Shown here piece by piece: positions 19,636 to 29,033 of a DNA stretch of 64,000 bases. The position numbers and the translations under genes were made by a program. Within the stretch, counting starts at the first letter, position 1; each line of letters begins with the position of its first letter. Origin of the DNA: an uncultured delta proteobacterium (GTDB lineage: Bacteria; Myxococcota_A; Polyangia; Polyangiales; Polyangiaceae); the NCBI GenBank assembly GCA_963809955.1, contig CAWELQ010000010.1, forward strand, positions 54,667 through 118,666, read 5' to 3'. The notes under the pieces are model-generated. The model was not told where the DNA came from. It did no database searches and saw only the letters and a list, made by a program, of their open reading frames with translations.

Positions 19636-20580
19636 ATGATGACACCCGGAACCATGGCGTGCTTGCTTCTACTACCAAGCGCCTGCTCATCCGACAACGG
19701 TGGAAGCGACAACGGCTCCGCTGACGACGGCGGATCCCAGCCCGCGCTGGTAGTCGGAAGTGGCGTGAGCATTGGCAGCGGCACCTCCGGCTCCCAGATG
19801 GGAGGCGTGGGTGGCGGGGGGCCATACATGTTACCGGCCGGCTTCACGCCGACCGACTTCGGCGGCTACAAGTTGGGCGACCCCAGTGATGGCGCGAGTA
19901 ACGGATCGGGAGGCACCACGGCCGCGGGAGGTTGCGGCACGACGATCGTCGGGGTGGTGCGCGATTTCAAGCGCGGCGACCGCGACGGCGGGCACCCTGA
20001 TTTCGAGACCTTCACTGGCCAGGGCGAAGAAGGCATCGTCGAGCAGCAACTGGGAAGCGATCGAAAGCCCGTCTACGTGGACACCAAGCACACCTATACG
20101 ACGAACAAGCAGAACTTCGACCAGTGGTACCGTAACGTCGACGGCGTGAACAAGGCGTACGCGGTCTCGCTGTCCTTCGAACCCAACGGCGCTGTGCTCA
20201 CCTTTCACAGCGGCGCCTTTTTTCCACTAGACGGCGCCGGCTTCGGCAACGAAGGGGAAAACCACAACTTTCATTTCACCACCGAGGTGCACACGACTTT
20301 CGTGTACCAGGGCGGCGAGAGCTTCACATTCACAGGTGACGACGACCTGTGGGTGTTCATCAACGGCCAGCTCGCCATCGATCTGGGTGGGCTGCACTCG
20401 GAGATGTCACGGACAATCGACATCGACCGGAAGGCCCGAAGCCTAGGCATCGAGGTCGGTGGCATGTATCCGCTCGACCTGTTTCACGCGGAGAGACACA
20501 CCAACGAGTCGAACTTTCGGGTCGAAACGAACCTCGCCTTCACCAACTGCGGCGAGATCATCGACGATGTCATCAAGTGA
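19636..20580 (+). CDS. Secreted fibro-slime-domain (PA14-like) protein
   Basis: Signal MMTPGTMACLLLLPSACSS; Gly/Ser-rich linker. C-terminal GDDDLWVFINGQLAIDLGGLH plus NFRVETNLAFTNCG matches the fibro-slime/PA14-like domain signature. Confidence 0.65.
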   Translation: MMTPGTMACLLLLPSACSSDNGGSDNGSADDGGSQPALVVGSGVSIGSGTSGSQMGGVGGGGPYMLPAGFTPTDFGGYKLGDPSDGASNGSGGTTAAGGCGTTIVGVVRDFKRGDRDGGHPDFETFTGQGEEGIVEQQLGSDRKPVYVDTKHTYTTNKQNFDQWYRNVDGVNKAYAVSLSFEPNGAVLTFHSGAFFPLDGAGFGNEGENHNFHFTTEVHTTFVYQGGESFTFTGDDDLWVFINGQLAIDLGGLHSEMSRTIDIDRKARSLGIEVGGMYPLDLFHAERHTNESNFRVETNLAFTNCGEIIDDVIK

Positions 20581-20622
20581 AGGCCAAAGGCCGAGCCTGA
20601 GGGACGGCCGTGCGGCTCGTGC

Positions 20623-21789
20623 TCAACCGCCAGCGCAGAAGCCTTCGTAGTCGATGTATTCTTTGATGGTTGGGTGGTCGCCACAAGCGGGGCAGGCCTT
20701 GTCACGACGCAGCTTGAGCGTGCGGAAGGTCATGCCGAGCGAGTCGTAGGTCAGCAGGCGGCCCACCAGCGGTTCGCCGCGACCGAGGATGAGCTTGATG
20801 GCCTCGGTGGCCTGAAGCGTCCCGACGATGCCCGGGAGAATACCGAGCACACCCGCTTCAGCGCACGAAGGGGCCAGGTGCGGCGGGGGAGGCTCGGGAT
20901 ACAGACAACGGTAGCAGGGCCCCTCGAAAGGCTGAAATGTGGTGACCTGTCCCTCGAAACGGAAGATCGACCCGTGAATCACTGGGATCTTGTGAAAGAT
21001 CGAGGCGTCATTGACGAGGTAGCGGGTCGGAAAGTTGTCGCACCCGTCCACGATCACATCCCACTTGTCAGCCAGGATGCGCTCCACGTTGTCGCTCATC
21101 AGGCGCTCTTTGTATTTGATGACTGTGACGTCCGGGTTGAGATCGACCAACGCTTGCTCGGCGCTATCGACCTTGGCCACCCCCAGCCGCGACGTGGCGT
21201 GCACGATCTGGCGCTGCAAGTTGGAGGCGTCCACCACGTCCGCATCCACCAGGCCGATCGTCCCCACGCCTGCGGCGGCCAGGTACAGTGCCGCTGGCGA
21301 CCCAAGGCCTCCCGCACCCAGCAAGAGCACACGGGACTCGAGCAACTTCGCCTGACCCTTCTCGCCCACTTCGCTCAGCATGATGTGGCGCGAGTAGCGG
21401 TCGAGCTGCTGCGGGGTCAGCGATGGTGGAGTCTCCACGGGGTAGCGCAGATCCTTCCAGCGAACGAAGCCTGGATTGGCGCTCTCGACGTGCCGGTAGC
21501 CCAGGTCTTGCAGGGTCTTGGCAGCGAAGGCGCTCCGGGTGCCTCCAGCACAGTACACCACGATGGGAGCGCTTTTGTCCGGCAGCTTCTGTTCGGCCTG
21601 CATCTCGAGGAACCCACGCGGTAGGTGCAAGGCCCCAGGGATGTAGCCACCCCTGAACTCGTCTTTTTCGCGCACATCCACCAGGGTCAGATCGCCCCCG
21701 GTCTCCAGGCGCTCCTTCAAGTCTTCGAGGGAGACCAGCTTGACGCTGTCTCGCACCTCACCGAACAAGTCCGTATACGTTTTGGCCAT
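20623..21789 (-). CDS. Rhodanese-ThiF/MoeB fusion (E1-like sulfur-carrier adenylyltransferase with N-terminal rhodanese domain)
   Basis: N-terminal rhodanese with active-site loop VYCAGGTRS. E1 domain YSRHIMLSEVGEKGQAKLLESRVLLLGAGGLGSPAALYLAAAGVG (GxGxxG), CYRCLYPEPPP, C-terminal CPAC Zn motif; ends ...FCAGG. Confidence 0.85.
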   Translation of the reverse strand: MAKTYTDLFGEVRDSVKLVSLEDLKERLETGGDLTLVDVREKDEFRGGYIPGALHLPRGFLEMQAEQKLPDKSAPIVVYCAGGTRSAFAAKTLQDLGYRHVESANPGFVRWKDLRYPVETPPSLTPQQLDRYSRHIMLSEVGEKGQAKLLESRVLLLGAGGLGSPAALYLAAAGVGTIGLVDADVVDASNLQRQIVHATSRLGVAKVDSAEQALVDLNPDVTVIKYKERLMSDNVERILADKWDVIVDGCDNFPTRYLVNDASIFHKIPVIHGSIFRFEGQVTTFQPFEGPCYRCLYPEPPPPHLAPSCAEAGVLGILPGIVGTLQATEAIKLILGRGEPLVGRLLTYDSLGMTFRTLKLRRDKACPACGDHPTIKEYIDYEGFCAGG

Positions 21790-21911
21790 TTTTCAGTACT
21801 TTCGAAAACCCGAGTTATCCGATGTAAGAATTCGAAGACCTCTAGTATTGGTCGCCTGGGCCCGCCGTCAAGCTCACCAGTTGCCCGGGGTCGAGTCCTC
21901 GTTTTCTGCCC

Positions 21912-23090
21912 TCATGGCAGCAGGTTCCAGAGCTCTCTAGCATCCCGGGGCCGGTTTGGGGAGACGGCGATTTCGGCCACCCGGCCCAGGCGCTTGGCCA
22001 GTTCGGAAGGCAGGCGCGGCCCCGCGCGCCCGACGACCTGTTCCAGCACCCGGCCGAGGCCGTACACGTCGTCCTCCAAGCAAGCCACACGACCGGCGGC
22101 CCGCTCCGGCGCCGTGTAACCGGCGCTCGCCCCAAGGTGTCGTGCTCCCACCGGCACTGCCAGCCCGAAATCGCTCAGCAGCGCCTCCCCGGAGCTGCGA
22201 AACAGGATGTTGGCTGGCTTGAGATCCGCGTGAACGAACCCTGCGTCGTGCAGACGCGATACCTCGCCCAAAAGCGCACGAAACCATGACAACGCAGCAT
22301 GGTCCTCCGTGACCATTCCGCGTGCGAGGCGCTGCTCCAGCGATCCCCCAGAGGCCCACTCGATCACGACGAACCCTTGCTCGGCGTCTGCGTCGAAGAC
22401 CCGTATCACACCCGGTCCCGCAAACCTGACGGCCATGCGCGCCTCGCGTAGCAGCTGGTCGCGCGCCCGCTCCGGGTCATGGTAGATCTTCAGTGCCACA
22501 GAGCGGCCGAGCGGTTCATCCTCGGCGCGATACACCGTCGCCGCGCCGCCACGCCCCGCCTCCCCGACGATCCTGAGACTCGTCGACGGCGCATCGCGAC
22601 CGAGCAGCGTTGGCTGGTCGAGTTCGGGAAGCGGGCTTGGTCTCGCAGGTGTCCAGCGCCGCCAACGCTCGATCGCTCCGGGCGCATCGATGTCGCGCGA
22701 CAGCACGCGCTCTACCAGGCGCTCTGCAACGGCGAACTGGCCGCGCTCCGCGCGCAGGTCGGCGGCCAGGAGCCACGCCCGCGGGTCCTGCTGCCCATCG
22801 AGCAAAGCGAGTGCCTCCTCGGGTTCGCCGCGCCGCGCCAACAGCTCGGCAGCCAGACAAACCAGCTCGCTCGGAGCTCGCTCCTGGGTGTGAGCCACTC
22901 GACACGCCGCCAGTGCGCGTCGCTCGCTCTCCGTGCCCGCCGCGCGGCGCAGGCTCGAGAGAGCTCGCTGGCGCGAGAGGGGTGACCCGGGGTCGACGGC
23001 GACAATGGCCTCGACGTCCGATACGGGCCTACCCGTGAGGTCCGCCGTCGAGCGCTCGGCGCGGGGGCCCGCCTCGACTTGGACGCCCAT
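21912..23090 (-). CDS. Ser/Thr protein kinase with N-terminal TPR-like region
   Basis: C-terminal kinase domain GEAGRGGAATVYRAED, VALKIY, HADLKPANILF, DFGLA, APER; N-terminal helical repeats. ATG 23090 preferred; ATG 23225 would overlap the FHA gene by about 60 nt. Confidence 0.8.
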   Translation of the reverse strand: MGVQVEAGPRAERSTADLTGRPVSDVEAIVAVDPGSPLSRQRALSSLRRAAGTESERRALAACRVAHTQERAPSELVCLAAELLARRGEPEEALALLDGQQDPRAWLLAADLRAERGQFAVAERLVERVLSRDIDAPGAIERWRRWTPARPSPLPELDQPTLLGRDAPSTSLRIVGEAGRGGAATVYRAEDEPLGRSVALKIYHDPERARDQLLREARMAVRFAGPGVIRVFDADAEQGFVVIEWASGGSLEQRLARGMVTEDHAALSWFRALLGEVSRLHDAGFVHADLKPANILFRSSGEALLSDFGLAVPVGARHLGASAGYTAPERAAGRVACLEDDVYGLGRVLEQVVGRAGPRLPSELAKRLGRVAEIAVSPNRPRDARELWNLLP

Positions 23091-23161
23091 CTGGGCAGAC
23101 GCGCTCTGGATGCCCTGCCGGGAAGACACCCACGACCTGAGCCGGGAGAGAAGACCCGGCT

Positions 23162-24319
23162 TCACTCCTCGACCCTGGCGATGGGAGGGGCGCCGGGCAA
23201 CAGGCTCAGCTCGTCGCGGCGACACAGTTGAATGCGTTCGGTGACACGCCAGGAGTTGAGATACGCGCCGCTCGCTGCCGGCTCGAGCTCGACCCAGCGG
23301 TCATCGGCCGAACTGACGCGACCAGCCTCCAGGTCCAGCTCGCCCAGTGGTGCCAACAGGGTTCGTTCCGGCAGGACGATGCACACACCGAAACGGGCAT
23401 GTGGAATGAGCTTCACACGAACCTCGCCCCCCAAGACCAGCTCGAGCGGCGAGCTCAGCGGCAGGGGCGCAGCGAGCGGCACTCCACCGAGCGTCGTGCC
23501 GTTCCTCGAGACGTCGCGCACCACCATTTCCTCGCCCGCCCGTTCGAGCATCAGGTGGGTTCGGCTGATGGCGGGAGAGGGCAGCACGATACTGGCGTCC
23601 TGTCGTCCCAGCGAGACGCGGTCCCCCAACACGAACCGCTGGGTCTGGCCATGGAAACTGAGAGCAACCTCCGGCCCGATGACTCTCGACAGGCGAATGT
23701 GCCGCTCGAGCTCGAGCAGGCGCACGACGTGTCTCTCCGGCTGCTCGGCAAGCAGCGCCAACGCCGCGCGTCGACGCCCCGCCCTGAACAAGTCGCTGGC
23801 CTGGCTCACCGCCCGCTCCCGTGAGCGGACGGCCTCGAGCTGCCGCTGGTCGGCGTCCCAGACCGCCTCGAGACGGTCGATGGCGCCAGCTTCGACCAGC
23901 TGCGTGGTTTGAGCCTCGAGGTCGCCTGCGAGCCCGAAGGCATCCGCAGCCCGACGGTGCTCGCCATGCGCGGCGAGCTCGCACCCGAGTTCGCCGAGCT
24001 CTGCTCGGGTCAGCAAGAGCATGCGCTGCTGACACAGCTCCAGCCTGAGCACCGCCGTCTGCCTTCCGAGCTCGGCACGTCGTGCCTCGCCCGAGTAGTC
24101 ACGAGCCAGATTCAGGAGCTCGAGCCGCTCGGTCCCGCTCGGCGCACTCTTGGCCCGCAACGACAGCACCCGGCCAACCTCGTCCTTGGCCCCGGCTTGC
24201 AGAAAGAGCTCCGTCGCCAGCGTCAGCTCGCCGCGCACCTCGGCGCGCCGTGCACGCATCTCGAGCTCGGACTTTTCTCGGCGCATCACGCGCGACAGGC
24301 GTGCGAGCCAGCGTTTCAC
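23162..24319 (-). CDS. FHA-domain protein with N-terminal helical/coiled region
   Basis: C-terminal FHA signature FVLGDRVSLGRQDASIVLPSPAISRTHLMLERAGEEMVVRDVSRNGTTLGG (G-R...S-R-x-H...N-G-T); directly upstream of the STPK. Confidence 0.7.
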   Translation of the reverse strand: MKRWLARLSRVMRREKSELEMRARRAEVRGELTLATELFLQAGAKDEVGRVLSLRAKSAPSGTERLELLNLARDYSGEARRAELGRQTAVLRLELCQQRMLLLTRAELGELGCELAAHGEHRRAADAFGLAGDLEAQTTQLVEAGAIDRLEAVWDADQRQLEAVRSRERAVSQASDLFRAGRRRAALALLAEQPERHVVRLLELERHIRLSRVIGPEVALSFHGQTQRFVLGDRVSLGRQDASIVLPSPAISRTHLMLERAGEEMVVRDVSRNGTTLGGVPLAAPLPLSSPLELVLGGEVRVKLIPHARFGVCIVLPERTLLAPLGELDLEAGRVSSADDRWVELEPAASGAYLNSWRVTERIQLCRRDELSLLPGAPPIARVEE

Positions 24320-24715
24320 GGTTCGCGACCTCGCATTCGCGAACTGTGGCGCGCAGATGCGTAAGCTTTCCGGCTCTCGAGCTGCTCCGACAATGCGACG
24401 TCAACGATAGCCCCGTCCTGCGCGTACCGCAGTCAAAACCGCGCGGCACTCGCCGGCACCTGTCGGCGTCGGTCAATAGCCGTTGTGAATCGGACGACGA
24501 AACCCTGAATACGGCACGCAAAGCCGCGAAGATACCCCTCTCGGCAGAAAAATTCGCAAGGATAGCGCCGGGGCCTTTTCGAGCGCGAAGCACGCACCAG
24601 AGAGGGCCGCGAAGAGACTCGGTTGGGCGTGGACAATCCGGTGAATCCCCACTGTCAGCTGGCTTTTTCGCCTGCTAAACTGAGGGTTCTCCGACTTTAG
24701 AACCGAAAGCAGAGC

Positions 24716-26422
24716 ATGGCTACTACGAACCGACTGGGGGAACTACTCGTCCGGGAAAAACTGATCAGCTTGCAGCAGCTCCGCCAGGCGCAAGAGGAGC
24801 AGAAGCGTTCCGGCCAGAACCTCGGCTTCACGCTCGCCAAACTCGGATACATCAGCGACGGCGAGATCACCAACTTCCTCAGCTCGCAGTACCGCCTTCC
24901 CGCCATCAACCTCGACGAGTACGAGATCGACCAGGACGTGATCAAGCTGGTTAGCAGAGACGTCTGTGAGAAGCACAAGATCGTGCCCGTATCCCGTTCC
25001 GGGTCGTCCTTGATCGTCGCCATGAGCGACCCGACGAACCTGCATGCCATTGACGACATCAAGTTCCTGAGCGGCTACAACGTCGAACCCGTGGTGGCCA
25101 GCGAGTCGTCGATTCAAGCGGCCATCGACATGTATTACAACGCCGGCCCTTCTTACGAAGAGGTCATGGCGGACTTCGATATCGACGACGAGGACATCGA
25201 CTTCACCGGAGAAGAAGAAGACGTCAACGCTCTGGAGCTCGAACGTCAGAGCGAGGACGCGCCCGTCGTCAGACTGGTCAACGTATTTCTCCTGAACGCC
25301 ATTCGCAAAGGCGCCAGCGACATTCACCTCGAACCGTACGAAAAGCGCTTGCGTGTCAGGTATCGCATCGACGGCGTGCTGCACGAGGAGATGACTCCGC
25401 CCTTGAAGCTCAAGAACGCGCTGGTGAGCCGTCTCAAGATCATGAGCCAGCTCGACATCGCGGAGCGGCGCTTGCCTCAAGACGGGCGCATCAAGTTGAA
25501 GCTGGGCAAGGGGCGGGAGATGGACTTCCGCGTCTCGGTGATGCCCACCATCTGGGGCGAAAAGATCGTGCTCCGACTGCTGGACAAGGGGAACCTGCAG
25601 CTCGACATGACCAAGCTGGGCTTCGACCAGAGACCGCTCGAAGACTTCAAATGGGCCATCCATCAGCCCTGGGGCATGGTGCTGGTCACCGGCCCCACCG
25701 GCTCGGGGAAGACCACCACGCTGTACTCAGCGCTCAGCGAGCTGAACAAGGCCGAGTGCAACATCAGCACCGCCGAGGATCCCGTCGAGTACAACCTCCA
25801 CGGCATCAACCAGGTGCAAATGCACGACGACATCGGGTTGAACTTCGCCATGGCCCTCCGATCTTTCTTGCGCCAAGACCCGGACATCATCATGGTCGGC
25901 GAGATCCGAGACTTCGAGACGGCGGAAATAGCGGTCAAGGCTGCGCTCACCGGCCACCTGGTGCTCTCCACTCTGCACACCAACGATGCACCAGCCACCA
26001 TTTCCCGCTTACTGAACATGGGCGTGGAGCCTTTCCTCATCACGGCAAGCGTGAACCTGGTGCTGGCTCAACGCCTGGCGCGCCGTATCTGCACGGATTG
26101 CCGACAAGAGGTCGAGGTCGACCAGCAAACTCTGATCGACCTGGGCGTGCCCGACAGCCAGCTGTCGAGTTCGAGCGTCTTCCAGGGGCTGGGCTGCCCC
26201 ACTTGCAACAACACTGGCTACAAGGGCCGTGTCGCGCTGTACGAGGTGATGAAGTTCAGCGACGACCTGAAGGAAGCCGTGCTGCAGGGCGCTTCCACCG
26301 CCGAGCTGAAGGTCAGCGCCATCAAGGCCGGCATGAAGACATTGCGCGCCGCGGGCATCGAGAAAGTGCTCGAGGGCGTCACAACGCCAGCAGAAGTACT
26401 ACGCGTGACCATGTCGGACTGA
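24716..26422 (+). CDS. pilB: Type IV pilus assembly (extension) ATPase PilB
   Basis: N-terminal GSPII/N1 domain, Walker A GPTGSGKTT, Asp/His boxes, tetracysteine CTDCR...CPTCNNTG; near-collinear with Myxococcus xanthus PilB from residue 1. Confidence 0.93.
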   Translation: MATTNRLGELLVREKLISLQQLRQAQEEQKRSGQNLGFTLAKLGYISDGEITNFLSSQYRLPAINLDEYEIDQDVIKLVSRDVCEKHKIVPVSRSGSSLIVAMSDPTNLHAIDDIKFLSGYNVEPVVASESSIQAAIDMYYNAGPSYEEVMADFDIDDEDIDFTGEEEDVNALELERQSEDAPVVRLVNVFLLNAIRKGASDIHLEPYEKRLRVRYRIDGVLHEEMTPPLKLKNALVSRLKIMSQLDIAERRLPQDGRIKLKLGKGREMDFRVSVMPTIWGEKIVLRLLDKGNLQLDMTKLGFDQRPLEDFKWAIHQPWGMVLVTGPTGSGKTTTLYSALSELNKAECNISTAEDPVEYNLHGINQVQMHDDIGLNFAMALRSFLRQDPDIIMVGEIRDFETAEIAVKAALTGHLVLSTLHTNDAPATISRLLNMGVEPFLITASVNLVLAQRLARRICTDCRQEVEVDQQTLIDLGVPDSQLSSSSVFQGLGCPTCNNTGYKGRVALYEVMKFSDDLKEAVLQGASTAELKVSAIKAGMKTLRAAGIEKVLEGVTTPAEVLRVTMSD

Positions 26423-26450
26423 AGCGACCACGCGATCACCAGAGGCACTC

Positions 26451-27578
26451 ATGAACGCACCCGGCGACGGCATCAAGGTCAATCTTCATCAACTCTTGCG
26501 CGCAATGATCGAGAAAGGCGCAAGCGACATGCACATCACCACGGGGTCCCCTCCTCTGCTCAGAATCGACGGCAACGTGGTGCCACTCAAACTGCCCGCG
26601 CTCTCCCCGGTGGAAACCAAGCAACTCTGTTACTCGGTGCTGACCGAGGATCAGAAAATAGCCTTCGAGAAGAACAAGGAGCTCGATCTTTCCTTCGGCG
26701 TGAAGAGCCTGTCCCGCTTTCGCGCCAACATCTTCATGCAGCGCGGGGCGGTTTCCGGGGCTTTCCGCACCATTCCCTTCAAGATCCTCAGCTTCGACGA
26801 GCTCGGTTTGCCCCCCAGCGTAGCCGAGCTCGCCGACCGGCCCAGAGGCTTGGTGCTGGTAACCGGCCCCACGGGCTCGGGTAAGAGCACCACGCTCGCC
26901 TCGATCATCGACAAGATCAATTCGGAACGCCGCCAACACATCATGACGGTGGAGGACCCGATTGAGTACCTGCACCCGCACAAGCGCTCCATCGTCAATC
27001 AACGCGAAGTGGGCAGTGACACGGCCGCGTTCAAAACGGCCCTCAAGTACGTGCTCAGGCAAGATCCGGACGTGGTCCTGGTGGGCGAGATGCGCGACCT
27101 GGAAACCATCGAAGCCGCCCTGACCATTGCCGAAACTGGCCACCTCGTCTTCGCCACGCTGCATACGAACTCGGCCATCCAGAGCATCAATCGCATCATC
27201 GATGTGTTCCCGCCCCACCAACAGTCGCAAGTCCGAGCGCAGCTTTCGTTCGTCCTCGAAGGTGTGGTGAGCCAGCTCCTGCTGCCGCGCGCGGGTGCAC
27301 CGGGGCGAGTACTGGCGCTCGAGGTACTGATTCCCAACGCCGCCATCCGCAACCTGATCCGCGAAGACAAGCTCCACCAGATCTACACCCAGATGCAGGT
27401 GGGTCAGCTCAAGCACGGCATGCAGACCTTGAACCAGTCCTTGTATTCGCTCTATGCGCGGCGCCTGATCACGTTGGACGAGGCCCTGGGTCGATCCAAC
27501 GATCCGGATGAGCTGCACGCCATGGTCGACGGTCGTACGGCTGGCGGACCCGGCCAATCGGCGGCACCGGCGCGCTGA
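26451..27578 (+). CDS. pilT: Type IV pilus retraction ATPase PilT (twitching motility protein)
   Basis: Walker A GPTGSGKST, PilT signature AIRNLIREDK, no tetracysteine, 375 aa; N-terminus LHQLLRAMIEKGASDMHITTGSPPLLRIDG like M. xanthus PilT. Confidence 0.93.
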   Translation: MNAPGDGIKVNLHQLLRAMIEKGASDMHITTGSPPLLRIDGNVVPLKLPALSPVETKQLCYSVLTEDQKIAFEKNKELDLSFGVKSLSRFRANIFMQRGAVSGAFRTIPFKILSFDELGLPPSVAELADRPRGLVLVTGPTGSGKSTTLASIIDKINSERRQHIMTVEDPIEYLHPHKRSIVNQREVGSDTAAFKTALKYVLRQDPDVVLVGEMRDLETIEAALTIAETGHLVFATLHTNSAIQSINRIIDVFPPHQQSQVRAQLSFVLEGVVSQLLLPRAGAPGRVLALEVLIPNAAIRNLIREDKLHQIYTQMQVGQLKHGMQTLNQSLYSLYARRLITLDEALGRSNDPDELHAMVDGRTAGGPGQSAAPAR

Positions 27579-27857
27579 CAAAATTCTCACAACGGGTTCG
27601 CATTGGGGCCGAGTCTGGAAACATTGGCTCCGCCGGGGACCCGGCTCACTACTCGAAGCCTGTCCATAAAACTGTTTGGTTTCGAAGGTTTGGTGAACCG
27701 AGAAGGTTGAAATTGACCGGCGAAGTGAACGAAACGGTTTCGAAATAAATCTGCAACCTGGGCACGAGTACTCCACGGGCTGCATGGCGCTGGGTGCACT
27801 CCCAAGCGTTCGCCCGGCGCCGCAATCGTCTTTCCCCCAGACTCGGAGATATTCGAA

Positions 27858-28862
27858 ATGCGTAAATGTTCAATTCTGACACCGCTGGTCGCAGCCGGGA
27901 CTCTCTTGATACCGACCGCTGCTTGGGCACAGGGCGCAGCGGGCGACATGCCTGCCGCAGCGCCGGCAGACGCCCCTGGCACTGCGCCGGCCGAAACGGC
28001 ACAAATGGAGGAGACCCCGCCCCCCGAGGCAGCGCCGCCGCCCGCCGAGGAGCCCCCCGCCGCGGCTAGTGCCGAGATGTCCGCGTCCACGGAGATGAGC
28101 GCTGCAGAAGGAATGGCTGCCCCCACCGCGGAGCCGCCCCCTGCGGAGCCGCCGGCCGAGGAAGAGGACGGCGGGGTGCCAGGATGGTTCCGTATCGACA
28201 GTGACGCGCTCACGCTCCAGCTGTGGGCGGGCGCCACGCACGACGTCGGAGGAGTCGGGATCGCCACAGACATCTACGTCGACTCCGGATACTACGGCGA
28301 GTTCGATATCGGTGTGGAAGTCCCGCTCGGTGAACAGGTGCTCTTGATCCCCATGGCGGGCATCGGCTTCGACTGGAGCGCGCACAAGGCGACGACCCTG
28401 GTGGCACCGCAGCTGTTCGGTTACTTCGACTTCGATCCGATCTACGTCGAGTGGTGGTCGCAGTTCTTCTTCACGTCCCTCTTCGCCGACAAGGGCTACG
28501 TGGAGGGCGGCGGTACCGAAATCAAAGATACGCTCCCCAATTTTTGGTACAACCGTCTCTTCGTCCTCTACAACGCGACGGAGAACTTCTCGATCGGTCC
28601 GCAGATCGAGCCGACCATCGCTTTGAACGATGCCGCCAAGGTCATGGACGAGGACGGTAACGACAAGTCGCTCACGAGCCTGCCAATCGGCGGTCGAGTG
28701 AATCTGGGCTATGGCAAGAACAACACGTTGGGTCTGTTCTTGGGCTACGAGACCGTGAAGGAATCTCGCGCGGTTGTGTCCGAACTCGACGAAGCCGGCG
28801 AAGAGGTCGACACGCACGAACACGGCATCGTTGGCCGCTTCACCTTCGTGCGCACCTGGTAA
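27858..28862 (+). CDS. Predicted outer-membrane beta-barrel protein with Ala/Pro/Glu-rich N-terminal extension
   Basis: Signal peptide TLLIPTAAWAQ; about 70 aa low-complexity acidic linker; alternating amphipathic strands; C-terminal FTFVRTW (terminal aromatic, OMP signature). Confidence 0.6.
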   Translation: MRKCSILTPLVAAGTLLIPTAAWAQGAAGDMPAAAPADAPGTAPAETAQMEETPPPEAAPPPAEEPPAAASAEMSASTEMSAAEGMAAPTAEPPPAEPPAEEEDGGVPGWFRIDSDALTLQLWAGATHDVGGVGIATDIYVDSGYYGEFDIGVEVPLGEQVLLIPMAGIGFDWSAHKATTLVAPQLFGYFDFDPIYVEWWSQFFFTSLFADKGYVEGGGTEIKDTLPNFWYNRLFVLYNATENFSIGPQIEPTIALNDAAKVMDEDGNDKSLTSLPIGGRVNLGYGKNNTLGLFLGYETVKESRAVVSELDEAGEEVDTHEHGIVGRFTFVRTW

Positions 28863-28868
28863 CCCGTT

Positions 28869-28896
28869 CTTCGGCACGCACGAGCCCGTGCCGAAG
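28869..28896 (+). terminator. Stem-loop 7 nt after the OMP stop (10-bp perfect stem CTTCGGCACG/CGTGCCGAAG)
   Basis: Perfect inverted repeat read directly; GC-rich, no U-tract. Confidence 0.5.
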
Positions 28897-28929
28897 GCTT
28901 AGCTTAGCGCCCTGTCCGCAGGGCTGTTG

Positions 28930-28965
28930 GCAAACCCGCGGTCTGACACTTCGGTCCGCGGGTTT
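28930..28965 (+). terminator. Second stem-loop (11-bp stem CAAACCCGCGG/CCGCGGGTTTG) followed by the T-rich cattttgt
   Basis: Perfect inverted repeat plus a downstream T-run; about 70 bp upstream of the next OMP start. Confidence 0.55.
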
Positions 28966-29033
28966 GCCGCATTTTGTGGCGAACGAGCCGCCGGCTTGCT
29001 GAACCTTACCCCCGTCGGGTAAACGTGAGCGAC

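Noticed and set aside
20623-20800. C-terminal ...CAGG of the E1-like enzyme as a fused ubiquitin-like/ThiS carrier
   Set aside because: Only about 18 residues follow the CPAC zinc motif, too short for a beta-grasp domain; treated as a tail rather than a fused carrier
24320-24715. Sigma-54 promoter (TGGCAC-N5-TTGC) upstream of pilB
   Set aside because: The closest candidate (tggcgcgcagatgcg) has GG-GC spacing one short of consensus and lacks TTGC; not convincing by eye
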